Source: Clostridia bacterium
Lineage (GTDB): Bacteria; Bacillota; Clostridia; Christensenellales; Aristaeellaceae
Assembly: GCA_045599485.1 (NCBI GenBank)
Contig: JAZRWA010000038.1
Location: forward strand, 7,436-39,435
DNA length: 32,000 nt
Direction of reading: 5' to 3'
Of this stretch, positions 8,092-16,996 are shown piece by piece. Made by a program: the position numbers and the translations under genes. Each line of letters starts with the position of its first letter. The first letter of the stretch is position 1. Below the pieces are notes generated by a model, which did not search any database, had not been told where the DNA came from, and saw nothing but the letters and a program-made list of their open reading frames with translations.

Positions 8092-8119
8092 TTGACCGCG
8101 GACACAACATGATTATAAT
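8092..8119 (+). promoter_or_regulatory. candidate sigma-A promoter of the ATP-grasp operon (TTGACC-16 nt-TATAAT)
   Basis: TTGACCgcggacacaacatgatTATAAT, read directly, about 65 nt upstream of the first CDS. Confidence 0.55.
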
Positions 8120-8184
8120 AAAAAAGCAGACAAAGAAGTCCGTTTTCTTTGTTATATTTATTTTTATACGGTATAGATGGAGGG

Positions 8185-9513
8185 ATGACCGTGCACGACA
8201 TCCAAGCGCTGAGCGGGCACGCCGATGCCATCAACGAGCTGCTGGCCCGTTACGGCGTTAAATTCGGCATCTACAAAAACGGCGTATTCAAAGAACAGCT
8301 GTTCCCCTTTGACGCCATTCCGCGCGTCATTGAGGCAGAGGATTTTGCCGTTCTCGAAAAAGGTCTCAAGCAGCGTGTCACAGCGCTCAATGCCTTCATC
8401 GCCGATATCTACGGTGAAAAGAAGATCATCCGGGACAAAGTCGTTCCCGAAGAATTTGTGTTCGGCAGCCCGGGGTACCTTTTGCAGTGCGAGGGACTGA
8501 AGCCCCCCAAGGGCATCTGGTCCCACATCAGCGGCATCGACCTGGTGCAGGCCAAGGATGGCAGCTGGTACATTCTGGAGGATAATCTTCGTGTGCCCTC
8601 CGGTGCCTCCTACCCCATGATCGCCCGTGAGCTCAGCCGCCGCGCCGCGCCCCGCACCTTCCAGAACAATGCCGTGGCCGAAAACCGCGATTATGCCGAA
8701 CTGCTCAAGGCAACCATGGACCATGTCAACACCGGCGGCATCAATGTGATCCTCACTCCCGGCCGTTACAACGCCGCCTATTTTGAGCACAGCTATCTGG
8801 CGGAAAAGACCGGCGCCCGGCTGGCCAGCGGCAGCGAGCTGACGGTGGAGGACGGCCGCCTGTACTTCATCGGCTACACCGGCAAAAAAGAGCCCGTCGG
8901 CACGGTGTACCGCCGCATTTCCGATGATTTCCTTGATCCCATGAATTTCCGCGCGGATTCGCTCATCGGCATTCCGCACATCTTTGACGCCTTCCGCTCC
9001 GGCAATGTGGCGCTGATGAACGCCCCTGGCAACGGCGTGGCGGATGACAAGGGCATCTACTATTTTGTGCCCAAAATGGTCCGTTATTATCTGAACGAGG
9101 AACCCATTCTGCAAAATGCCCCCACCTATCTGCCCTTCTATGACGAGGACATGAAATATGTGCTCGATCACTTTGACACGCTGGTGCTCAAGGATGTAGC
9201 AGAAGCCGGCGGCTACGGCGTGGTGTTTGGCAGCAAGATGACGGCACAGCAGAAGGAAGACTTTATCGCCCTGCTCAAAAAGGACCCCCGCCGCTTCATC
9301 GCCCAGGAGGTCATCGACTTCCGCGATCTGGACATCATTGAAAACGGCGAAGCCGTTCCCCGCAAGGCCGATTTGCGCGCCTTTGTGCTGATGGGCAGTG
9401 AGCCCATGGTATGGAAAAGCGGCCTGACTCGTTTCTCCCGCAATCCCGATTCCTTTATCGTCAACAGTTCTCAGGGAGGAGGCTTTAAGGATACATGGGT
9501 ATTATCTCGCTGA
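8185..9513 (+). CDS. circularly permuted type 2 ATP-grasp protein (DUF404/DUF407 family)
   Basis: Track ORF 8149..9513. The AT-rich first 12 codons are probably leader. GGAGGG directly abuts ATG 8185, so GTG 8191 is an alternative start. Family hallmark SGIDLVQAKDGSWYILEDNLRVPSGASYPMIAR is present. Ends in TGA. Confidence 0.8.
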   Translation: MTVHDIQALSGHADAINELLARYGVKFGIYKNGVFKEQLFPFDAIPRVIEAEDFAVLEKGLKQRVTALNAFIADIYGEKKIIRDKVVPEEFVFGSPGYLLQCEGLKPPKGIWSHISGIDLVQAKDGSWYILEDNLRVPSGASYPMIARELSRRAAPRTFQNNAVAENRDYAELLKATMDHVNTGGINVILTPGRYNAAYFEHSYLAEKTGARLASGSELTVEDGRLYFIGYTGKKEPVGTVYRRISDDFLDPMNFRADSLIGIPHIFDAFRSGNVALMNAPGNGVADDKGIYYFVPKMVRYYLNEEPILQNAPTYLPFYDEDMKYVLDHFDTLVLKDVAEAGGYGVVFGSKMTAQQKEDFIALLKKDPRRFIAQEVIDFRDLDIIENGEAVPRKADLRAFVLMGSEPMVWKSGLTRFSRNPDSFIVNSSQGGGFKDTWVLSR

Positions 9514-10157
9514 TCAACGCCGACAAGCTGTACTGGCTTGGGCGCTATACCGAACGTGTATATACCACCTTGCGGCTCTTTGCGCAAAGCTTTGACAAGC
9601 TGATCGACACCGACCAGCTGGCGTATAACAGCTTTTGCGCCGCGGTGGAGATCCCCGCCATCTACACCTCGGGCGAGGATTTTGTGGAGCGTTATCTGTT
9701 TGACCCCGACGATCCCAACTCCGTGCTGTCCAACCTGACCCGTGCCTTTGACAACGCCGTCACCCTGCGTGAAGAGATCGGCAGCGAATGCGTCAGCTAC
9801 ATTCAGCTGGCCATCTACGCCATCAACAAGGCACACGGCAGCCAAAGCCTGCTCGTGGACCTGCAGCATGTGATCGACCACATTCTTTCCTTCTGGGGAC
9901 TGGCGGATGACCTGATCCCCGATGAAAATGTGCGCAACATCATCAAGACCGGCAAGCGTGTGGAGCGGCTCGACCTGTATGCCCGCCTGCACCAGTCCCG
10001 TGAGGAGCTGCAGCGCGAGCTGTACCGTCTGACCGACCGCATCACCCGCACCAGTCTTTCCTACAATGTGGAGCATCTGTCTCTTTTGAAAATACTGGTC
10101 AATCTGAACGATATACCGTATAATGATATTGTGGAGCAGGTAGAAGGCCTGATCTGA
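9495..10157 (+). CDS. alpha-E domain-containing protein (DUF403)
   Basis: 220 aa, with N-terminal ADKLYWLGRYTERVYTTLRLF matching the alpha-E signature (YWlGRY.ER). It overlaps the upstream gene by 19 nt. Confidence 0.75.
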   Translation: MGIISLINADKLYWLGRYTERVYTTLRLFAQSFDKLIDTDQLAYNSFCAAVEIPAIYTSGEDFVERYLFDPDDPNSVLSNLTRAFDNAVTLREEIGSECVSYIQLAIYAINKAHGSQSLLVDLQHVIDHILSFWGLADDLIPDENVRNIIKTGKRVERLDLYARLHQSREELQRELYRLTDRITRTSLSYNVEHLSLLKILVNLNDIPYNDIVEQVEGLI

Positions 10158-10190
10158 AATCAAGCATCTGAAAAGGGGAGGAAATGTGTG

Positions 10191-10973
10191 ATGATCCGTC
10201 GGCTGGGGTTTTCTTTTCAGCTGGGGCTCACCTTTTCCTCCTCTGTTTGCTGTCACCGTTTTACCCTGCGGTGCATGCCGCAGACCACCCCGCTGCAGCA
10301 GCCGGAGGACATCAGCATCACCCTGGAGCCCAACTGTCCGTACTGGATCGGCCGTGATTACGCCGGTCTGAAGCTGCTCGGCTTCGCCCGGGAAGCCCAC
10401 ACAGCACTGAAGCTGACCGTCAGCGGCATCGTGGCGAACGAGGACCCTTCAAAGGGACTTTCCCTTCTTGCAGGAGAGCCGTTGGGGGCTTTTTCCCTGC
10501 AGACGCCGCTGACTATGCCCGGCCCCGCCCTGCGGACGCTTCATGGCATGCTGCCTGTTTTTTCCGACGCGGAGGCGACAGCGCTGTCCATCATGGACTT
10601 GCTGGCGGAGCGTTTTTGCTACACGCCGGGGGCCACCGAAAGCGGCACCGCCGCCGAGGCCGCTGCCCAGGCCATGCAGGGCGTATGTCAGGATGAAGCG
10701 CACATCATGCTGTCGCTTCTTCGCCTGCGCGGCATTCCCTGCCGTTATGTGGTGGGCTTTATGGCAGGCGAAGGGGCCTCCCATGCCTGGGTGGATGTGC
10801 TCCTGCGTGACAGCTGGCAAAGCTTTGACCCCACCAATCACCGCAGGATTACCGCCGATTACATCCGTGTTTCCCACGGACTGGACGCCAATGACTGCCC
10901 CTTGAACCGCGGGCTGTTTACCGGCACTGCCGTACAGGATGGCAGCAGTACAGCGCAAGTATGGGAGGTTTGA
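10191..10973 (+). CDS. transglutaminase-like cysteine protease family protein
   Basis: Carries the GVCQDEAHIMLSLLRLRGIPCRYVVGF...SHAWVDV...SFDPTN Cys-His-Asp arrangement of transglutaminase cores. RBS GGGGAGG. GTG 10188 is an alternative start. Confidence 0.75.
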   Translation: MIRRLGFSFQLGLTFSSSVCCHRFTLRCMPQTTPLQQPEDISITLEPNCPYWIGRDYAGLKLLGFAREAHTALKLTVSGIVANEDPSKGLSLLAGEPLGAFSLQTPLTMPGPALRTLHGMLPVFSDAEATALSIMDLLAERFCYTPGATESGTAAEAAAQAMQGVCQDEAHIMLSLLRLRGIPCRYVVGFMAGEGASHAWVDVLLRDSWQSFDPTNHRRITADYIRVSHGLDANDCPLNRGLFTGTAVQDGSSTAQVWEV

Positions 10974-10976
10974 CTG

Positions 10977-11939
10977 ATGATCCGCAGCACCCTTATCACC
11001 GTCACCGAAGTCGGACTGCCGGTGGATGAAAAACTGTATATCCGCAAAAACCGCATTGAGCCCGAAAGCGGCTCCAACGGCCGCCGCATCAGCATTGTGA
11101 CCGGCATCCACGGCGATGAGCTGGAAGGACAATATGTCTGCTGGCAGGTGCAGCAGCGCATTGCCGCCCACCCCGAATGCCTGCTGGGGACCGTGGACAT
11201 CTATCCTGCCATGAATCCCTTCGGCATCGAATCGGTCAGCCGCGGCATTCCCGCCTTTGATCTGGATATGAACCGCATCTTTCCGGGCAGCGAGGAAGGC
11301 GACATGAATGAGTATATCGCCTCCCGCATCGTGCATGATCTGGAAGGCAGCACGCTGGCGATCGATATTCATGCCTCCAACATTTACCTGACCGAGATCC
11401 CCCAGATCCGCATCAATGAGAACAGTGCCGAAAGGCTGGTGCCCATCGCGCAGAAGGCCAATGTGGATTTTATCTGGGTACACGGTGCCTCCACTGTGCT
11501 GGAAGCCACGCTCGCCCACAGCCTCAACAGCCGCGGTGTGGATACCCTGGTGGTGGAAATGGGCGTGGGCATGCGCATCACCAAGGAATACGGCGATCAG
11601 CTGACCGAAGGTATCTTCAGTCTGATGAAGGAACTGAATATCTGGAGTGGCGAAACAACGCCGGTCCGTACGCCCATCATCTCCTCCGACCCCAATGAAG
11701 TGGAATTTTTGAACGCCCCCGCCGCCGGCGTATTTGTCAAAACGCTGTCGCACGGCGCTATACTGAAAAAGGGGGATGAGATCGGCCTGATCATCGATCC
11801 CTTGAGCGGCAAAACGCTGTACCCTGTGCTTTCCCCCTGCAACGGCTGGCTGTTTACCGTACGTGAATACCCCATTGTCGATCAGGGATCGCTGATGGCA
11901 CGCATCCTAAAAAGGGAGATCGGAGGGCTGCCGCAATGA
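10977..11939 (+). CDS. succinylglutamate desuccinylase/aspartoacylase (AstE/AspA, M14-like) family protein, zinc ligands intact
   Basis: 320 aa with VTGIHGDELEG (HxxE), NRIFPG and AIDIHAS motifs. It starts 3 nt after the upstream stop. Confidence 0.75.
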   Translation: MIRSTLITVTEVGLPVDEKLYIRKNRIEPESGSNGRRISIVTGIHGDELEGQYVCWQVQQRIAAHPECLLGTVDIYPAMNPFGIESVSRGIPAFDLDMNRIFPGSEEGDMNEYIASRIVHDLEGSTLAIDIHASNIYLTEIPQIRINENSAERLVPIAQKANVDFIWVHGASTVLEATLAHSLNSRGVDTLVVEMGVGMRITKEYGDQLTEGIFSLMKELNIWSGETTPVRTPIISSDPNEVEFLNAPAAGVFVKTLSHGAILKKGDEIGLIIDPLSGKTLYPVLSPCNGWLFTVREYPIVDQGSLMARILKREIGGLPQ

Positions 11940-12868
11940 AAAAAGAGATCTTGTTTGAGATTCCCGGCATTTACCGGGACGCCTTCCGTGTGACCGGTTA
12001 CACCTTCGGCGAAGGAGAAAAAGCCCTGTGCATCGTGGGCAGCATGCGCGGCAACGAAAACCAGCAGCTGTACTGTGCCTCCCGTCTGGTGGCCCGGCTG
12101 AAACGGCTTGAAGAGGATGGCAGGCTGATCGAGGGACAGCAGATCCTGGTCATTCCCTGCGTCAACCCCTACTCCATCAATACCAAGCGCCGCTTCTGGT
12201 GCATTGACAACACCGATATCAACCGCATGTTTCCCGGCTATGACGCAGGCGAAACCACCCAGCGCATTGCCGCGGGCGTGTTTGAGCAGATCAAGGATTA
12301 CCGCTACGGCGTACAGTTTGCTTCCTTTTATATGCCCGGCGCGTTTGTGCCGCACATCCGCATGATGAAGACGGGCTACGAGGATCCGCAGCTGGCGGCT
12401 GAGTTTGGCTTGCCTTATGTGGTCGTGCAGCCGCCGCGTCCCTTTGACACCGCCACCCTCAACTACAACTGGCAGATCTGGGGCGTACACGGCTTCTCCC
12501 TTTACACCACCAACACCGCCCGCATTGATACCGAAAGCGCTCAGCAGGCGGAGGACGCCGTGCTGAACTTTATGTCCCGCCGGGGCATCATCCATTACCG
12601 TGCGCATGGCGGCTACCGTTCCGAGATCGTGCAGGGCGAGGACATGGTCAGCCTTCGTGCCGCGACCTCCGGCTTTCTGCAGTGCCTGGTCAAGCCCGGG
12701 CAGCGGGTGGAAAAGGGGCAATTGCTGGCCAACATCCTCGATCCCTACGAGGGTAGTATCCGTTCCGAGCTGCGTGCCCCCGTTTACGGCGTGGTCGCGT
12801 TTGCCGGCGATGAACCCATGACGTACGAAAACACCGCCGTGCTGAAGCTGATCCCCGAAGTGGAATAA
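11936..12868 (+). CDS. AstE/AspA (M14-like) family paralogue with degenerate metal-binding motifs
   Basis: 310 aa with 4-nt ATGA overlap on the upstream gene. It keeps NRMFPG. It has VGSMRGNENQ where the paralogue has TGIHGDELEG, and VQFASF where the paralogue has IDIHAS. Confidence 0.7.
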   Translation: MKKEILFEIPGIYRDAFRVTGYTFGEGEKALCIVGSMRGNENQQLYCASRLVARLKRLEEDGRLIEGQQILVIPCVNPYSINTKRRFWCIDNTDINRMFPGYDAGETTQRIAAGVFEQIKDYRYGVQFASFYMPGAFVPHIRMMKTGYEDPQLAAEFGLPYVVVQPPRPFDTATLNYNWQIWGVHGFSLYTTNTARIDTESAQQAEDAVLNFMSRRGIIHYRAHGGYRSEIVQGEDMVSLRAATSGFLQCLVKPGQRVEKGQLLANILDPYEGSIRSELRAPVYGVVAFAGDEPMTYENTAVLKLIPEVE

Positions 12869-12878
12869 GATCAACATC

Positions 12879-12912
12879 AAAAGGACTGTGACTTGCTGTC
12901 ACAGTCCTTTTT
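12879..12912. terminator. bidirectional intrinsic terminator
   Basis: aaaaGGACTGTGACttgctGTCACAGTCCttttt: a 10-bp perfect stem with an A-run and a T-run, between convergent genes. Confidence 0.8.
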
Positions 12913-12917
12913 GTGAT

Positions 12918-15422
12918 TCAGCCCTCCGTTTTGCGGCTGCCGGGCTTTTTCAGGCTTTCGGCAACGGGCTTTTTGAGCAGATCATAATAGTAATCCACAT
13001 ACGCGGCAATGCTTTCCGCCGTATCCCAATCATCGAGCAGCGTCACATACCCCTGCAGTGAGGCAGCCTTCGCCCGCAATGCGCGGGAAGAGGCGCCGAT
13101 AAAGGTACGGCTCAGATAGCGGCTGTTTTTGGCATCCTGAATCAGGTTGGAGGCCGCCGCATTGCCGTCCAGGGCGATGATGACCGAAGGACGGCGCTTG
13201 AAGATCTCAAATGCGACACTCTTGTACACTCCCTGCGGGGAGGATTCGAGCGCCACCCGCACCTTGACACCGCTCTTTTGCAGGCGTATCCGTTCGGCTT
13301 CGCTGATCTGTGCCGGAACGAAGGCAAATACCGGCAGATCCGCCCCCGCCTTGTCCAGAATATAGCGCTCGTAACCGCCAAGAGACGGGCCGATGACCAC
13401 AAAGAATTTGCCGCTCCCGGCTCTTTTGAGCAGATCATCCAACAGTCGGCAATCCGCCTCCCGAAGGCGGGTACGGCGAACGGCGTTGTTGAAGCTGCCG
13501 CCCGCGAGCACCACCGGTACACGATCCTACGGCAGCGGAACGATCTGCGCCTTCAACGCATCGGCACTGGCAAGCCGCCCTGTATCAAACAACTGGATCG
13601 TTCCTGTATCCTGCAGGATGCGGTCACGGTAGAACGCCGCTTCCGTGCCCTCCGCGCACTGCGCACGAAAGGCGGTTTTTTTCTGTTCAAACGCCTGCAT
13701 GGACCCTTCGATGATCTCTTTTTCCGCCTGCCGCATGCGCAGCAGCTCCGCATCGGTCAATTCCAGCATACGCTCCAGTGAAAGCTGCTCATCGATGGAA
13801 TCGGTACCGTAAAGCGCGCCGCCATCGGTACCCTGCACGCAGTAGATGCCCGCGTTCAGATACTGCCGCAGCGGATGCCGGCTCAGCCGGGACAGATTGT
13901 TGAGGCGCACGTTGGAGGTGATCTGAAATTCCAGCACTGCCTGCCTGCGCCGCAGCAGTTCCAGCAGCGACCGACCCTTTTCGCTTTTCAGGTTGGCGGT
14001 GTAAAGGCCGTGACCGATGCGTACATGCGGGAAAGCCTGCCCCGGCAGCAGCGCTTTTTCGACTGAAAGCAGGCTGTTGAGCACGTTGTCGGGCAGGGCG
14101 TCGTTTTCGCCGGCGTGGAGACGCACCACAAAGGACGGATGCTCCCGGGCGATGCGCAGCACCGTGTTCATCACCGGCTGCAATTCCCGGATATCGTTCA
14201 TTTCCTCGCCCACAAAATCGCTGCCCGCCACATAGGGGCCGCCGGCGACCGCCCGCAGCACGCGCAGGTTTTCGTCATAGGGGTTTTCCGGCAGACCGCC
14301 GGTGCGCCCCATCATCAGGGGGATGCGCCGCAGCGCCGCCAGAAAGCGCAGCGTTACCCCGGTTTCCTCCGTCACGGCGGGCATGACAGCATGAATCTGC
14401 GCAAGCGTTTCCGGCGCTTCGGACGCCTTTACCAGCGCGGTATCGGAGATCTCGGCATAATGGACACCGCTGCGCCGATAGCTGCGGGCGACCCACAGCA
14501 GCGTATCCTGATACAGGGTATTTTTGCCGTAAACCGGGTGTTTTCGATCCGTTTCCATCTGTCTGAGGGCTGCGATGATGTCCGCATCAGGCAGGGAATC
14601 GATGTTTTTCAGCTCAATTCTGTCTTCCGCGGGCGTGCCCTTGGTGAATACATAACGGTACAGATACACCTTTTCCAGATCGGTAAACACCGCCTGGCCA
14701 TCCTTCAGCACCGCCAGCGAGGCCCGCACCCGCGGAATATTGTAGGCGCTGTGTTCATTCATCATCAGCGCGGCAAAATTGATGAAGGTGTTGTCATCAA
14801 ACAGCCGCTCCCGGTATTTGCCCTGAAGAGTGATATCGCCCAGTTTTTCCTCCGTGGCGCTTCTGCGGGTCTCCATCAGGCGCTGCTGCTCCTCCGAAAG
14901 ACGCAGTCCCAGCTTTTTGATATAATAATAGGGATAACGCAGCTGATGATGGATGCCCAGCGCGATGAGCAGATCGGGGCTGAGGTTGCCGCTGCGATGG
15001 CTGTGCAGATCGGAACGGAATTTCAATTCCTCACGGATGTAGGTCTTGACCAGCGTTTTATGCCGGTCCAGCTCGTACTCCTTGGTCTGGCTCATCAGCG
15101 TTTTGGCAATGGCGGGGATGGCCGCCCGGCGCTCGATCTGACCGTCGGGATAAATGTTGGCCACCTTGGTATCGGCAAGCCGCAGGATATACACCCGGCG
15201 GTTTTCGCCGTCCACATAGCACGGCACCTCGCCGCGGATCTGCTTCAGGCCGTTTTCATCAAAGCTGACCGGCAGACCGCACACCGCCGCAAGGTTGCTG
15301 ATCAGGTTGCCTGTGCCGTGGTTGGGCGTGCGCAGCACATAAAAGAGCCGTTCCCCTTCCATCATCAGCGACACGATGATATCTTTCTCTTTATCCAGAT
15401 ACAGCGTTCCGAATGGCTTCAT
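12918..15422 (-). CDS. adenosine/AMP deaminase-family (amidohydrolase) protein fused, across an in-frame TAG, to a C-terminal Rossmann-like (possibly SLOG/LOG-like) domain
   Basis: Track ORFs 13527..15527 and 12918..13514 are in the same frame (835 codons from MKPFGTLYL at 15422, GGAGGA RBS). Deaminase motifs present: SDLHSHRSG (HxH), RLHAGEN, RIGHGLY, VQGTDGGALYGTD. The junction reads ...KAQIVPLP-TAG-DRVPVVLAGGSFNN...VVIGPSLGGYERYILDKA...IIALDGNAAASNLIQDAK... Ends in TGA. Alternative reading: two genes, with the second starting at GTG 13514. Confidence 0.6.
13527..13529 (-). other. in-frame TAG at the deaminase / C-terminal-domain junction
   Basis: Minus strand ccg TAG gat. Both flanking ORFs share the frame (13529-13514 = 15 nt). 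Confidence 0.7.
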
Positions 15423-15473
15423 TTTTCCTCCGTTCTCCGGCTCATTTCCGACCCCGTCCCCAGCCCGAAACCG

Positions 15474-15506
15474 ATAAAAAACGCCCGCGGAAATGCCCGC
15501 GGACGA
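15474..15506 (-). terminator. intrinsic terminator downstream of the malic enzyme gene
   Basis: Minus strand CGTCCGCGGgcatttCCGCGGGCGtttttt: a 9-bp stem (one G-U pair) plus a T-run, immediately after the TAA. Confidence 0.7.
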
Positions 15507-15514
15507 TCGTTTTT

Positions 15515-16702
15515 TTATTCTTCGCACAGCGGCAGGCGTGCCACACCGCTCTCCACAGCGGCTTTCGCCACTGCCTTGGCGACCGCCGGTCCCACGCGGG
15601 GATCAAAGGCCAGCGGCAGGATGTATTCTTTTGTCAGTTCCTTGTCCGAGACCAGCTCCGCCAGGGCAAAGGACGCCGCGCGCTTCATGGCCTCGTTGAT
15701 GTCCCTCGCGCGCACATCCAGTGCTCCGCGGAAAAGCCCCGGGAAGGCCAGCACGTTGTTGATCTGGTTGGGATAGTCGCTGCGTCCTGTGCCCACCACC
15801 GCGGCACCGGCGGCAAGAGCCTCATCGCGGCTGATCTCCGGCACAGGATTGGCCATGGCAAATACGATGGGATCTTTGGCCATGGAGGCCACCATCTCAC
15901 GGCTCACCACGTTGGGAGCGCTGACGCCGATGAACACGTCCGCGCCCTTCATGGCGTCCGCCAGCAGACCGCTCATCTTTTCGGGGTTGGTTTTGCGCGC
16001 CATTTCCAGCTGGGCAGGGTTCATTTCGACCGCGCCCTCGCACAGGATGCCGTAGCGGTCCACCATTTTCAGATGACGGATGCCCAGGCTCATCAGATGG
16101 GTGCCGATGGCAATGCCGGCGCTGCCCGCGCCGTTGATGACCACTCTGGCGTCCTCCATCGTGCGGCCCGTCGCCTTCAGGGCGTTGATCATCGCAGCTG
16201 CCACCACGATGGCGGTGCCATGCTGATCATCGTGGAAAACGGGGATGTCGCACACTTCCTTCAGCTTGCGTTCGATTTCAAAGCAGCGCGGCGCCGCAAT
16301 ATCTTCCAGATTGATGCCGCCAAAGGATCCGGAGATCAGGTACACCGTACGCACGATCTCATCCACGTCCTTGCTGCGCACGCAGATGGGGAAGGCGTCC
16401 ACATCGCCAAAGGCCTTGAACAGGGCGCATTTGCCCTCCATCACAGGCATGCCGGCTTCGGGGCCGATATCGCCCAGGCCCAGCACAGCGGTGCCGTCCG
16501 TCACCACCGCCACCAGATTATGACGGCGGGTCAGTTCAAAAGACTGGTCGTAATCCTTTTGTATTTCAAGGCAGGGCTGCGCCACACCGGGCGTGTAGCA
16601 CAGGGAAAGATCCTCGCGGCTTTTGATCTCCACTGTGGATTTGATCTCGATCTTGCCGCCCCATTCCCGGTGCAGGCGAAGCGATTCCTTTGCGTAATCC
16701 AT
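15515..16702 (-). CDS. NAD(P)-dependent malic enzyme (oxaloacetate-decarboxylating malate dehydrogenase)
   Basis: 395 aa: [22 protein letters not shown]...YTPGVA...[16 protein letters not shown]...GGINLEDI...[10 protein letters not shown], the canonical short malic enzyme. GGAGGA RBS. Ends in TAA. Confidence 0.9.
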   Translation of the reverse strand: MDYAKESLRLHREWGGKIEIKSTVEIKSREDLSLCYTPGVAQPCLEIQKDYDQSFELTRRHNLVAVVTDGTAVLGLGDIGPEAGMPVMEGKCALFKAFGDVDAFPICVRSKDVDEIVRTVYLISGSFGGINLEDIAAPRCFEIERKLKEVCDIPVFHDDQHGTAIVVAAAMINALKATGRTMEDARVVINGAGSAGIAIGTHLMSLGIRHLKMVDRYGILCEGAVEMNPAQLEMARKTNPEKMSGLLADAMKGADVFIGVSAPNVVSREMVASMAKDPIVFAMANPVPEISRDEALAAGAAVVGTGRSDYPNQINNVLAFPGLFRGALDVRARDINEAMKRAASFALAELVSDKELTKEYILPLAFDPRVGPAVAKAVAKAAVESGVARLPLCEE

Positions 16703-16753
16703 TCGTTTTGTCCTCCGTCACAGGATCCGCGGGGATCCTTTTTTCACCCTATC

Positions 16754-16762
16754 AGTATACCA
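16754..16762 (-). promoter_or_regulatory. candidate extended -10 (TGgTATACT) for the malic enzyme gene
   Basis: The minus strand reads tttaTGgTATACTgat about 50 nt upstream of the ATG. The -35 is weak. Confidence 0.3.
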
Positions 16763-16901
16763 TAAACGCTCCCCTTTGAAAACGATTTGCGCAAAAAATA
16801 CCCATCCGGAACGCGTTTGTATAATCTGGTATAAGTATTTCCATTTTGCAAATTTAATTGTTTCTAAATTGCATTTTTTATTTATTCCTATTAGAATTAT
16901 C

Positions 16902-16933
16902 TTGCATTCCATGCACTTTTTTTGTATTATAAT
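16902..16933 (+). promoter_or_regulatory. candidate sigma-A promoter of the opp operon (TTGCAT-17 nt-TATTAT, overlapping TATAAT)
   Basis: TTGCATtccatgcactttttttgTATTATAAT sits in an AT-rich island about 65 nt upstream of the oppA ATG. Confidence 0.5.
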
Positions 16934-16996
16934 GCATGCAAACTGCAACTTTTACAAGCTGCAGTTGCAATCTATTTTTGAAAGGAAGATCCAACC

